DNA of 42,038 nt from Anaerolineae bacterium (GTDB lineage: Bacteria > Chloroflexota > Anaerolineae > UBA4142): assembly GCA_034435315.1 (NCBI GenBank), contig DAOTYB010000194.1, positions 1 to 42,038 on the forward strand. Reading direction: 5' to 3'. The notes under the pieces were generated by a model. That model was given only the letters and a program-made list of their open reading frames with translations, had not been told where the DNA came from and ran no database searches. Made by a program: the position numbers and the translations under genes. Below are positions 34,028-42,029 of this stretch, piece after piece (position 1 is the stretch's first letter; each line of letters starts with the position of its first letter).

Positions 34028-35226
34028 ACAATAAACGTCTCACGATAATTTTTCTGATTGTGTTTGTGGACTTGCTGGGGTTTAGTTTGATTTTGCCCTT
34101 GCTTCCGTACTATGCCGCCACCTTCGGCGCGGACGCGTTCGTCACGGGCTTGCTCGTCGCGTCGTATGCGGTGGCGCAACTGATTGGCGCGCCGCTGTTG
34201 GGACGCTGGTCGGATCGCGCGGGGCGGCGTCCCGTGTTGCTCATCAGCATCTTTGGCACGTTCATCGGATTTTTGTTGCTGGGTTTTGCGGGCGCGCTCT
34301 GGATGTTGTTTCTTAGCCGCGTCATTGATGGTCTCACCGGTGGCAACATTTCGGTCGCGCAGGCGTACATCGCAGATGTGACGGACGAAAAGAATCGCGC
34401 CAAGGGGCTGGGAATGATTGGCGCGGCGTTTGGGCTGGGGTTCATCATCGGTCCTGCGGTGGGCGGCGCGCTGAGCGTGTTTGGCTATGCGGTGCCGGCG
34501 TTCGCAGCCGCCGCGCTCTCTTTCATCAACCTGCTCGCGGTCTTTGTGTTCTTGCCGGAATCGTTGACGGCGGAACGTCGCGCAGAAATCGCGGCGCAAA
34601 CGCGACCGCCGTTCACGTTGCGCGCGCTGATCGTCGCGCTGAATCGTCCGCGTGTGGGACCGCTCCTGCACACGCGATTCTTTTTCGGCCTGGCGTTCTC
34701 ATTGTTCCAGAGCGTCTTTGCGCTGTACGCGCAGTATCGGCTGGAACTCACCGCGCAGACGACTGGATACGTGCTGGCGTACGTCGGTTTGCTTTCGGTG
34801 TTGGTGCAAGGCGTCGCGATTGGCAAGTTGACCGCGCGCTTTGCCGAGAGTCGGCTCATCTTCGCCGCGAGTGTGGTGATGGGCTTGTCGCTACTCGCAT
34901 GGGCGTTCGCGCCGAACTTGGTTGTGTTGCTCGTCATCCTTGCGCCGATGGCGTTCGCGGGCGGCACGTTGAACACGGTGCTGAGTAGCGCGTTGACCAA
35001 AGCGGTAACGCGCGAAGAGATCGGCGGGACGCTGGGCTTGGCATCATCGGTGGAGAGTGTGACGCGCGTCATCGCGCCAACGCTCGGCGGATTCTTGATC
35101 GAGTTCTATGGCGCGAGCGCGCCGGGAATTTTCAGCGCGTTGGTGATGTTGTGGGTGGTGACGTTCGTGTGGCGCCGCATCATCGTCAATCCCGATCCGC
35201 CGCTCGCGCTGGGCAAAATTGTTTGA
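34024..35226 (+). CDS. MFS transporter (DHA1/tetracycline-efflux-like)
   Basis: 12-TM pattern and the motif GRWSDRAGRRPVLLISIFG. Confidence 0.85.
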   Translation: MNNKRLTIIFLIVFVDLLGFSLILPLLPYYAATFGADAFVTGLLVASYAVAQLIGAPLLGRWSDRAGRRPVLLISIFGTFIGFLLLGFAGALWMLFLSRVIDGLTGGNISVAQAYIADVTDEKNRAKGLGMIGAAFGLGFIIGPAVGGALSVFGYAVPAFAAAALSFINLLAVFVFLPESLTAERRAEIAAQTRPPFTLRALIVALNRPRVGPLLHTRFFFGLAFSLFQSVFALYAQYRLELTAQTTGYVLAYVGLLSVLVQGVAIGKLTARFAESRLIFAASVVMGLSLLAWAFAPNLVVLLVILAPMAFAGGTLNTVLSSALTKAVTREEIGGTLGLASSVESVTRVIAPTLGGFLIEFYGASAPGIFSALVMLWVVTFVWRRIIVNPDPPLALGKIV

Positions 35227-35235
35227 GGAATAGCG

Positions 35236-35973
35236 ATGCGTAAAAATTGGCGTTGGTTATTGCTGGCATTGGTAGTGCTAATCGTTGTGCTGGGCGTTGG
35301 AGTGACGGTGGCGACGCGCCCCGCCGAACCAATGCCGCAAGCGCTAGCGGCGTTGCAATCGGATGCACAGGTGGAGGTGGCGACGCGTCAATGGATTGTG
35401 TTCACGCCGCGCGCGCGTGAGCCATCGGCAGGGTTCATCTTTTATCCCGGCGGTTTGGTGGACGCGCGCGCGTATGCGCCAATGGCGCGCGACATTGCAG
35501 CGCAAGGTTATCTCGTCGTCATCGTACCGATGCCGCTCAACCTGGCTTTCTTCGATGCGAATCGCGCCAAGGAAGTGATCGCCAACTATCCTGCGCTCAA
35601 ACGTTGGGCGATTGGCGGACATTCGCTGGGTGGTGTTGCCGCCGCGATGTTCGTCAAGAGTCATCCGCAAGCAGTGCAAGGTCTTGCGTTTTGGGCGTCG
35701 TATCCGGCGGAAAGTATAACCGATGCTCCCGTGCGTGTGCTTTCGATTTACGGTACGCAAGATGGTTTGTCCACGCCAGCTAAAATCAACGACTCGCGCG
35801 CCTTGCTGCCAGCAAACGCTCAATTCGTTGCGATCCAAGGCGGCAATCACGCCCAGTTTGGTTGGTATGGCGCGCAATCGGGCGATGGCATTGCCACGAT
35901 TTCGCGCGAAGAACAACAAAAGCAAATCGTTTCGACGATGGTGGCTTGGTTGAAACAGATTCCAGGAGAATAA
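35236..35973 (+). CDS. Alpha/beta hydrolase with an N-terminal anchor
   Basis: Nucleophile elbow GGHSLGG. N-terminal TM helix/signal. Confidence 0.8.
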   Translation: MRKNWRWLLLALVVLIVVLGVGVTVATRPAEPMPQALAALQSDAQVEVATRQWIVFTPRAREPSAGFIFYPGGLVDARAYAPMARDIAAQGYLVVIVPMPLNLAFFDANRAKEVIANYPALKRWAIGGHSLGGVAAAMFVKSHPQAVQGLAFWASYPAESITDAPVRVLSIYGTQDGLSTPAKINDSRALLPANAQFVAIQGGNHAQFGWYGAQSGDGIATISREEQQKQIVSTMVAWLKQIPGE

Positions 35974-35974
35974 A

Positions 35975-36319
35975 GTGAATGATCTTTTGACGATTTTGAA
36001 AATCATCGCGGCGTTGGCGACGGCGGCAACCGGTTTGCTCGCCTTCGTCAAGCCCGATGCGACGTACGGATTCATCGGTTTGAACGCGAATGGCGTGCGC
36101 GGCGTTTCGGAAATTCGCTCTGTGTTCGGTGGCTTGTTCATCGCGCTGGGTCTCACGCCGCTGTTTCTGGGCGCACCCGCGTATCAGATGCTCGGCATCG
36201 GCTATCTGGCGATTGCTGTGACGCGCGCGTTTTCCATCGTGTTCGATCAATCGTTCGCGCAATCGAACATCATCAGTCTCATCATCGAAATCGTGTTCGG
36301 CGTGATTTTGGTGCTATGA
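35975..36319 (+). CDS. Small 4-TM membrane protein (DUF4345-like)
   Basis: 114 aa and hydrophobic. Tightly coupled to the upstream gene (1-nt gap). Confidence 0.6.
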   Translation: MNDLLTILKIIAALATAATGLLAFVKPDATYGFIGLNANGVRGVSEIRSVFGGLFIALGLTPLFLGAPAYQMLGIGYLAIAVTRAFSIVFDQSFAQSNIISLIIEIVFGVILVL

Positions 36320-36440
36320 GAATCCCCATGAACGCTCTGCGTTCATCAGCGTTCGGATGAAAATATCCACGAAGGACACGAAGCGTCACGAAGGTTTTTT
36401 CTTCGTGTTCCTTCGTGACCTTCGTGGACACAGGAGAGGT
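36319..36440. repeat. CACGAAG-hairpin intergenic element, copy A
   Basis: aatccccatgaacg..gcgttcatcagcgttcggatgaaaatatccacgaaggacacgaagcgtcacgaagg-tttttt-cttcgtgttccttcgtgaccttcgtggaca-caggagagg. Ends 5 nt before the DegV ATG. Confidence 0.9.
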
Positions 36441-36444
36441 AAAT

Positions 36445-37281
36445 ATGTCTGTTCGAATTGTTACTGATAGCACGTGCGATTTGCCTGCCGAGACGATTGC
36501 GCGCTATGGTATTCGCGTGGTGCCGCTCTACATCAACGTCGGCAAGCAAGGGTATCTGGATGGCGTGGACATTACGCGGCAAGAGTTTTACCAGCGCTTG
36601 CCCACGTTTCCCGAACATCCAACGACTGCCGCGCCATCGCCGCTGAAATTCCGCTCGATGTACGACGCGCTGGCGGATGAAGGCGCGACGCACGTCTTGT
36701 CCATTCACATTTCGAGCGCGCTGAGCGCGGTGGTGGACACCGCGAGCATCGGCGCGCGCGAAACAACGTCTGTGCCGGTGACCGTGTTCGATTCGCGGCA
36801 GTTGAGTCTTGGCACGGGCTTTCTCGTCGAGACGGCGGCGAAACTCGCGGCAGAAGGTCGCGCGGTCGGCGAAATCATCGCCGCGCTGAACGAGCAGATC
36901 AAGCGCTCGCATGTTTTTGCCGCGCTCGATACGCTGGAATTTTTAAAGCGCAGCGGGCGAATGAACGGCGTCATCGCCGGTTTTGGCACGCTCTTGCAAC
37001 TCAAGCCGATTCTGACGATGTACGATGGCAAGCCGGGCGCGGAGCGTGTTCGTACGCGCGAACGCGCGACGGAACGCATCCTCGAAATGTTGGCGGATGT
37101 GGGCGCGCTCGAACGCGTTGCGATTGTGCATACGCACGCGCACGCGCGCGTCGCGGAATTGCGCGAACGCGCCGCGCATCTCCTGCCGCCTGATGATGTT
37201 CCTGCAGTGGACATTACGCCGGTCATCGGCGCGCATATCGGACCGGGCGCGGTGGGATTCGCGGTGGTGAGTAAGAAATGA
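36445..37281 (+). CDS. DegV-family fatty-acid-binding protein
   Basis: MSVRIVTDSTCDLP..., typical DegV N-terminus and length. Start moved from 36415 to ATG 36445. Confidence 0.88.
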   Translation: MSVRIVTDSTCDLPAETIARYGIRVVPLYINVGKQGYLDGVDITRQEFYQRLPTFPEHPTTAAPSPLKFRSMYDALADEGATHVLSIHISSALSAVVDTASIGARETTSVPVTVFDSRQLSLGTGFLVETAAKLAAEGRAVGEIIAALNEQIKRSHVFAALDTLEFLKRSGRMNGVIAGFGTLLQLKPILTMYDGKPGAERVRTRERATERILEMLADVGALERVAIVHTHAHARVAELRERAAHLLPPDDVPAVDITPVIGAHIGPGAVGFAVVSKK

Positions 37282-37308
37282 CGAAAGACGAAGGACGAAG
37301 GACAAAAG
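37278..37308. repeat. Heptamer array (GACGAAG-like) starting at the DegV stop codon
   Basis: atgacga aagacga aggacga aggacaa aag. Confidence 0.85.
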
Positions 37309-37326
37309 ATTTTTGATTGCGATGGT

Positions 37327-37530
37327 TATATCCACGAAGGAACACGAAGTTTCACGAAGGTTTTTTCTTCGTGTTCCTTCGTGACCTTGGTGGACAAATG
37401 TATTTTCAGGAGAATTCCCCATGAACTTGCGTTCACCAACGTTCGGATGAAAATATCCACGAAGATTCACGAAGGTTTTTTCTTCGTGTTCCTTCGTGAC
37501 CTTCGTGGACAAATGTATTTTCAGGAGAGG
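37327..37530. repeat. CACGAAG-hairpin intergenic element, copies B and C in tandem
   Basis: Each has tccacgaag...cacgaagg-tttttt-cttcgtgttccttcgtgacctt(c/g)gtggacaaatgtattttcaggaga. Copy C ends in the SD before ATG 37541. Confidence 0.9.
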
Positions 37531-37540
37531 ATGAAATCGA

Positions 37541-38413
37541 ATGAAAACAGAAGATCGTAAAGCGCTGGGCGTTTTCGCAATTTTAATCTTGATTGGCGCG
37601 GCGGTTGCTTGGGCAGGTAGTCAGGGTGGCAGCGCGTTTCTCGGAATTCCATTGTTCGCTTTGATGGTTGGGTTGGCTTTTGTGATTCAGTGGATCGTCT
37701 TTGTCCCGTCCTATCTACGCCAAACCGAAAAATTCTTCGATCTCACGGGGAGCATCACCTACATTTCCGTGACGACGCTCGCGTTGCTGTCGAGTTCGGC
37801 AATTGACGCGCGCGCGATCCTGTTGTGGGCACTCGTCATCATTTGGGCGGCGCGCCTCGGAACGTTTCTGTTCCGCCGCATCCAAAAAGCCGGCAAGGAT
37901 GATCGCTTTGACGAACTCAAACCCTCGTTCATTCGATTTCTGAACGTCTGGACGATTCAGGGTTTGTGGGTGACGTTCACAGCGGCTGCCGCGTGGGTGG
38001 CAATTACAACGACATATCGCAAAGAACTCGACGCGTTTGCTGTCATCGGCTTGCTCGTGTGGATGTTCGGTTTCGCGTTCGAAGTGATCGCCGACGCGCA
38101 AAAGAGTCGTTTCAACGCCGACTCTGCCAACAAAGGCAAGTTTATTCAAACCGGTTTGTGGTCACGCTCGCGTCACCCCAACTATTTCGGTGAGATTGTG
38201 CTGTGGGTCGGCGTCGCGATCATTGCGTTGCCGGTGTTGCAGGGCTGGCAATGGGTCGCGCTGATTTCGCCGGTGTTCGTCACGCTCTTGCTCACGCGCG
38301 TCAGCGGTATTCCGTTGCTGGAAGCCAAAGCGGATAAAAAGTGGGGCGGGCAACCGGACTATGAAGCGTACAAAAAACGAACACCGGTGTTGATTCCCCG
38401 GTGGTGGGGATGA
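37541..38413 (+). CDS. DUF1295 / steroid-5-alpha-reductase-like membrane protein
   Basis: GLWSRSRHPNYFGEIVLWVG signature and a polytopic profile. Confidence 0.85.
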   Translation: MKTEDRKALGVFAILILIGAAVAWAGSQGGSAFLGIPLFALMVGLAFVIQWIVFVPSYLRQTEKFFDLTGSITYISVTTLALLSSSAIDARAILLWALVIIWAARLGTFLFRRIQKAGKDDRFDELKPSFIRFLNVWTIQGLWVTFTAAAAWVAITTTYRKELDAFAVIGLLVWMFGFAFEVIADAQKSRFNADSANKGKFIQTGLWSRSRHPNYFGEIVLWVGVAIIALPVLQGWQWVALISPVFVTLLLTRVSGIPLLEAKADKKWGGQPDYEAYKKRTPVLIPRWWG

Positions 38414-38418
38414 ATTTT

Positions 38419-38488
38419 CCGACCGCCGACCGCTGACTGCCGACCTTTTGAAAAGGACGGCGGTCGTCGGTCGTCCGTCGTCGGTCGT
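38419..38488. repeat. Inverted heptamer arrays (CCGACCG-like x4, spacer, TCGTCGG-like x4)
   Basis: ccgaccgccgaccgctgactgccgacc-ttttgaaaagg-acggcggtcgtcggtcgtccgtcgtcggtcg. Confidence 0.9.
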
Positions 38489-38500
38489 TTGGAGGTAACG

Positions 38501-38830
38501 ATGAACATCGCAAAAACAATTTCGCTGCTTGGTCTGGTTGCAATGACGCTTGCGATTGGCTATGCGTTCGCGTTCGGCAATTTTGCCGTCGAAGGCGCGT
38601 GGATCACATCGCACCCGTGGGGCATTGTCTCGCTCGTTGATTTGTACGTCGGCTTTACGATTTTCTCGATGTGGATCGTGTACCGCGAAAAATCGCTGGC
38701 GGCACGAGTCATCTGGGTCGTGCTGATGATGGTGCTGGGGAACTGGACCGCCGCGCTGTACGTTTTGCTCGCGCTCTACGCGAGTCGCGGCGATTGGAAG
38801 AAATTCTGGATGGGACAACGCGCGCAATAA
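38501..38830 (+). CDS. DUF1475-like small membrane protein
   Basis: GGAGG SD. MNIAKTISLLGLVAMTLAIGYAF...HPWGIVSLVDLYVGF... Start moved from 38489 to ATG 38501. Confidence 0.7.
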   Translation: MNIAKTISLLGLVAMTLAIGYAFAFGNFAVEGAWITSHPWGIVSLVDLYVGFTIFSMWIVYREKSLAARVIWVVLMMVLGNWTAALYVLLALYASRGDWKKFWMGQRAQ

Positions 38831-38898
38831 CCCCAGTTTGGTGACTGGGTTGATCACCGTAAAGGAGTTGTGCATGCGTGCGTGCGCCCGCCACGAAA

Positions 38899-38995
38899 GA
38901 TGGAAAAATATCCACCAAGAACACGAAGATGCACGAAGATTTTTTCTTCGTGTTTCTTCGTGACCTTCGTGGACAAATGTATTGTTGTAAGGAGG
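38899..38995. repeat. CACGAAG-hairpin intergenic element, copy D
   Basis: aaaaatatccaccaagaacacgaagatgcacgaaga-tttttt-cttcgtgtttcttcgtgaccttcgtggacaaatgtattgttgtaaggagg. Ends 5 nt before ATG 39000. Confidence 0.9.
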
Positions 38996-38999
38996 ATCA

Positions 39000-39473
39000 A
39001 TGTCGAAAATCGCGCTCAACACTCTCGCGCCGGATTTCGCGCTGGACGATTTTCAGGGACGCCAGGTGCGCCTTGCCGATTTTCGTGGCAAGAAGAATGT
39101 CGTGCTGATTTTCAATCGTGGCTTTGCGTGACCATTTTGCCAGAGGCATATGGCGCAGTTGCGCCAGGATGTTGACGCGTTTGTAAAACGCGATGCGGAA
39201 ATCATCGTCGTCGGTCCAGAAAACGCGCGCGCGTTTGCCGAGTACTGGCGGAAACACAATCTGCCGTTCGTCGGCTTGCCCGACCCGACCGCCAGCGTGC
39301 TCAAGTTGTACGGGCAAGAGGTGAACCTGTTCAAACTGGGACGAATGCCCGCACAAGTGATCATAGACCGCGCGGGCGTGGCGCGTTTTGTTCACTATGG
39401 ACATTCGATGAGGGACATTCCGGCAAATGCTGAATTGCTCGCGATTCTCGATACATTGAATCAGGAAGCGTGA
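39000..39473 (+). CDS. AhpC/TSA (Prx-like, thioredoxin-fold) protein with in-frame UGA at the redox-active position: probable selenoprotein (UxxC)
   Basis: ATG 39000 with AGGAGG SD. Reads MSKIALNTLAPDFALDDFQGRQVRLADFRGKKNVVLIFNRGFA-TGA(39129-39131)-PFCQRHMAQL..., continuing in the same frame as ORF 39150-39473. The TGA replaces the first Cys of the CPFC-type motif. A hairpin lies 18-42 nt downstream. Confidence 0.7.
39147..39171 (+). promoter_or_regulatory. Candidate bacterial SECIS hairpin
   Basis: cat-a-tggcgc-AGTT-gcgcca-gg-atg gives a 9-bp interrupted stem. The apical loop contains GU, 28-31 nt after the U of UGA. Confidence 0.5.
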
Positions 39474-40861
39474 TGCGTCGAGTGATCTGGTGGCTGCGGC
39501 GCGATCTGCGCCTGACCGATAACATCACGTTGCATTACGCGTTGCGCGATGCGTCCGCGGTGATTCCCGTTTTCATTCTCGATGCGCGCCTCTTGCGCAG
39601 CGACACACTCGCGCCCGCGCGCAAGCAATTTCTGTTCGATTCGCTCGCCGATCTCGATGCACGATTACGCGCGCGCGGCGGACGATTGATTGTGCGGCGC
39701 GGCGATCCCGCGCGCGAACTGGCGCGCCTAGCGCGCGAGACGCAAAGCGACGCGGTGTACTTGCATCGCGATTACACGCCGTACGCTCGCGCGCGTGATG
39801 CGCGCGTGGTCAACGCGCTGGGCGCGCTCGGTGTGCGCATCGAAGCGTTCGACGACAATTATCTTGCCGCGCCTGAACAGGTGTTGAAGGACGACGGCAC
39901 GCCATACACCGTGTTCACGCGCTTTCGCCAGCGCTTTGAAGAGCGCGTGATTGTGCCGAATCGTTACGCGGCGCGCGGCGATTTGAACACCCCGCGCGAC
40001 ATTGCGTCGCTAGATGTGCCACGCGTCGAGCGCGAGCATCGTTTTGCGCGCGGTGGCGAGACCGAGGGGCTGAAACTTGCGCGCGCGTTCTTGCGTCGCG
40101 CGGATGGTTTGCGCGCGTATCGCGACACGCGCGATTTTCCCGCGCGCGATGCCACGTCGCATCTCTCGCCGCATTTGCATTTTGGCACTGTGTCGGTGCG
40201 CGAACTGGTGCGCGCCGCGCGCGCGGTGGACGCTGGTGCGAATGGCAAAGCGTGGTTGGACGAACTGGTGTGGCGCGAGTTTTACGCGTATGTACTGTGG
40301 CATTTTCCGCACGCGGCGCGCGGCGCGTTTCGGCGCGCGTACGAAACAATCGCGTGGGAGAATGATGCGGAAAAATTCGCGGCGTGGTGTGCGGGTCGCA
40401 CCGGCTATCCGATGGTGGACGCGGCGATGCGGCAACTGAACGCGACGGGGTGGATGCACAATCGCGCGCGGATGATCGTCGCGTCGTTTCTCACCAAAGA
40501 TTTGCTGATTGATTGGCGCTGGGGCGAGAAATATTTTTTGCAAAACTTGGTTGATGGCGATATGGCATCGAACAATGGCGGCTGGCAATGGGCGGCAGGA
40601 ACAGGAACGGACGCGCAGCCGTTCTTTCGCATTTTCAATCCCGTCTTGCAAGGCGCGCGGTTCGATCCCGATGGCGCGTACGTCAAGCGGTGGGTGCCCG
40701 AACTGGCGCGCGTGCCGCGCGAGTATGTACACGCGCCCGCTACAATGCCGCGCGAGATCGCGCGGCGCGCGGGTGTGGAAGTCGGCAGGGATTATCCCGC
40801 GCCGATTGTGGAGCATGCGGTACAACGTGAGCGCGCGGTGGCGCTGTATCGGCAAAAGTAA
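39470..40861 (+). CDS. phr: Deoxyribodipyrimidine photolyase (class I CPD photolyase/cryptochrome family)
   Basis: VIWWLRRDLRLTDN, TGYPMVDAAMRQLNATGWMHNRARMIVASFLTKDLLIDWRWGEKYF, DGDMASNNGGWQWAAGTGTDAQPFFRIFNP. Start GTG 39470 or ATG 39473, overlapping the upstream stop. Confidence 0.95.
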   Translation: MMRRVIWWLRRDLRLTDNITLHYALRDASAVIPVFILDARLLRSDTLAPARKQFLFDSLADLDARLRARGGRLIVRRGDPARELARLARETQSDAVYLHRDYTPYARARDARVVNALGALGVRIEAFDDNYLAAPEQVLKDDGTPYTVFTRFRQRFEERVIVPNRYAARGDLNTPRDIASLDVPRVEREHRFARGGETEGLKLARAFLRRADGLRAYRDTRDFPARDATSHLSPHLHFGTVSVRELVRAARAVDAGANGKAWLDELVWREFYAYVLWHFPHAARGAFRRAYETIAWENDAEKFAAWCAGRTGYPMVDAAMRQLNATGWMHNRARMIVASFLTKDLLIDWRWGEKYFLQNLVDGDMASNNGGWQWAAGTGTDAQPFFRIFNPVLQGARFDPDGAYVKRWVPELARVPREYVHAPATMPREIARRAGVEVGRDYPAPIVEHAVQRERAVALYRQK

Positions 40862-40862
40862 A

Positions 40863-40891
40863 ACGCGCGGGGTGCCTCCCGCGTGTTTTTT
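40863..40891 (+). terminator. Rho-independent terminator after the photolyase gene
   Basis: acgcgcggg-gtgcct-cccgcgtg followed by tttttt. Confidence 0.8.
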
Positions 40892-40940
40892 GTTCATCAA
40901 GAGCCACGTTACAGTTGGAGTACTTCGTTGAGAAAGCGCA

Positions 40941-41135
40941 TTACGCCAGCAGCCGATAAAGTTCAGCATTCTTCTTGAGCACATCTAGGGCGCGTTGGAA
41001 TGACTCTTGGGGGCGTGTCAGCAATTCTTCAACGCTTACCCACACCAATTCTTCTGGCGAAACTTGCAATTGAGTGGCTGTCTCTTTCAGTTTCAACATT
41101 CGGTCGTCAGGCAACGTTATCGTTATGGTATGCAT
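40941..41135 (-). CDS. 64-aa ribbon-helix-helix (CopG/antitoxin-like) protein with no adjacent toxin
   Basis: MHTITITLPDDRMLKLKETATQLQVSPEELVWVSVEELL... is a typical RHH beta-strand plus helices. The ORF track extends it to 41330 through a repeat element; start moved to the internal ATG (41135). Confidence 0.6.
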   Translation of the reverse strand: MHTITITLPDDRMLKLKETATQLQVSPEELVWVSVEELLTRPQESFQRALDVLKKNAELYRLLA

Positions 41136-41167
41136 ATTCACCTTACGAGTTATCATCGGATACAACG

Positions 41168-41312
41168 GAATGTCCGCAAATGCTTCAGCGCACCGACCGC
41201 GCCCAAAGTGACCCGCGAAATGAAGCCACCGTCCAACCGCGCCAACCAACTCCGCGAAAAGGCGCGGGAGTTTATCCTGAGCGCAACGGAGGATGGCGTG
41301 GTCAGTGCGCGC
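41168..41312. repeat. MITE-like TIR-bounded element, copy 3 (inverted relative to copy 2)
   Basis: gcgcaccgaccgcgcc at 41188-41203 and ggcgtggtcagtgcgcgc at 41295-41312. The interior matches the reverse complement of 27909-27995. Confidence 0.85.
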
Positions 41313-41432
41313 GTATTCCCAGACATTCATTGGTCAATCGGGCATACCGTAAATGAAACGTACGATTTTCCATCTACCGTCAATTTTGGCAAAATACCAG
41401 AGTTCTTGACTTGGTTTAGTCTCTGATACATT

Positions 41433-41640
41433 TCAGCTTTTCAGTTCCGTAACCTTAGCGCGCTGCCTGACTCTGACCGTTGCGTTGTCTTCTGAATCCT
41501 GTTTCAAATCAAGAAATTCGTGAGTGTTTTCTAGAAAGGTCAGGCGATTGAATAAATCCAGGTACCTGGAACGAATTTGGTCTAATCCAACCCATTGCAC
41601 CCCTGAGAAGGATTCGACGATAACGGCGTTATCAGCGTAT
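41433..41640 (-). pseudogene. Possible NTF2/SnoaL-like C-terminal fragment whose 5' part is replaced by a repeat element
   Basis: LYADNAVIVESFSGVQWVGLDQIRSRYLDLFNRLTFLENTHEFLDLK... looks protein-like, but the ORF start (MAGGFAARHYPALQAL) is a translation of the GC-rich repeat. Confidence 0.3.
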
Positions 41641-41657
41641 AGCCCCAATGCTTGAAG

Positions 41658-41792
41658 GGCGGGGTAGTGGCGGGCGGCGAAGCCGCCCGCCACTACCCCG
41701 CCCTTGATTCTCCCTCCCCACGCCGCTCTGCGGCGTGGGGAGGGGGCAAGGGGGTGGGGCTTTTCGCGATGGATGACACGGCTGAGTAATTA
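41658..41792. repeat. GC-rich nested-palindrome element
   Basis: Modules gtagtggcgggcggcgaagccgcccgccactac and ctccctccccacgccgctctgcggcgtggggaggggg, plus flank ggggtggggcttttcgcgatggatgacacggctgagtaattac. Confidence 0.9.
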
Positions 41793-41992
41793 CTCTGGGC
41801 AAATAAATTTGCTGCAACGCAGAGCGATGTCCGCCTGCGCGGACAACATCTTTTGCCGACGCAGGTCGGCATGGCTGTGGCTTGCTGCGACTTGCAGTCG
41901 CCTCAACTTGCCCCCTAACTGAACAGGGTGTGTGCAAAGTCGCTTGACAAAGCCGCGCCTCCGCTTGTCATTGCGAGGAGCGGTCTTTGCGA

Positions 41993-42029
41993 CGAAGCAA
42001 TCCCCTATTGCGGTGTGGAGATTGCTTCG
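41993..42029. repeat. 10-bp stem hairpin repeat (CGAAGCAATC / GATTGCTTCG) at the window edge
   Basis: Read directly. Context gtcattgcgaggagcg...gcgacgaagcaatc looks like a dispersed-repeat motif, but only one copy is visible here. Confidence 0.5.

Noticed and set aside
36943-37512. Minus-strand ORFs with STKVTKEHEEKTF / HEGHEGTRRKNL peptides. Similar cases: 36282-36473 and 38162-39022.
   Set aside because: They are translations of the CACGAAG-hairpin intergenic element. The similarity between them is at the DNA-repeat level, not evidence of a protein family.
39150-39473. Annotating the Prx-like gene as a 107-aa protein starting at ATG 39150.
   Set aside because: That would remove the N-terminal beta-strands and the redox motif of the thioredoxin fold. 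The upstream 43 codons are in the same frame with a good SD, and the only interruption is a TGA at the catalytic position.
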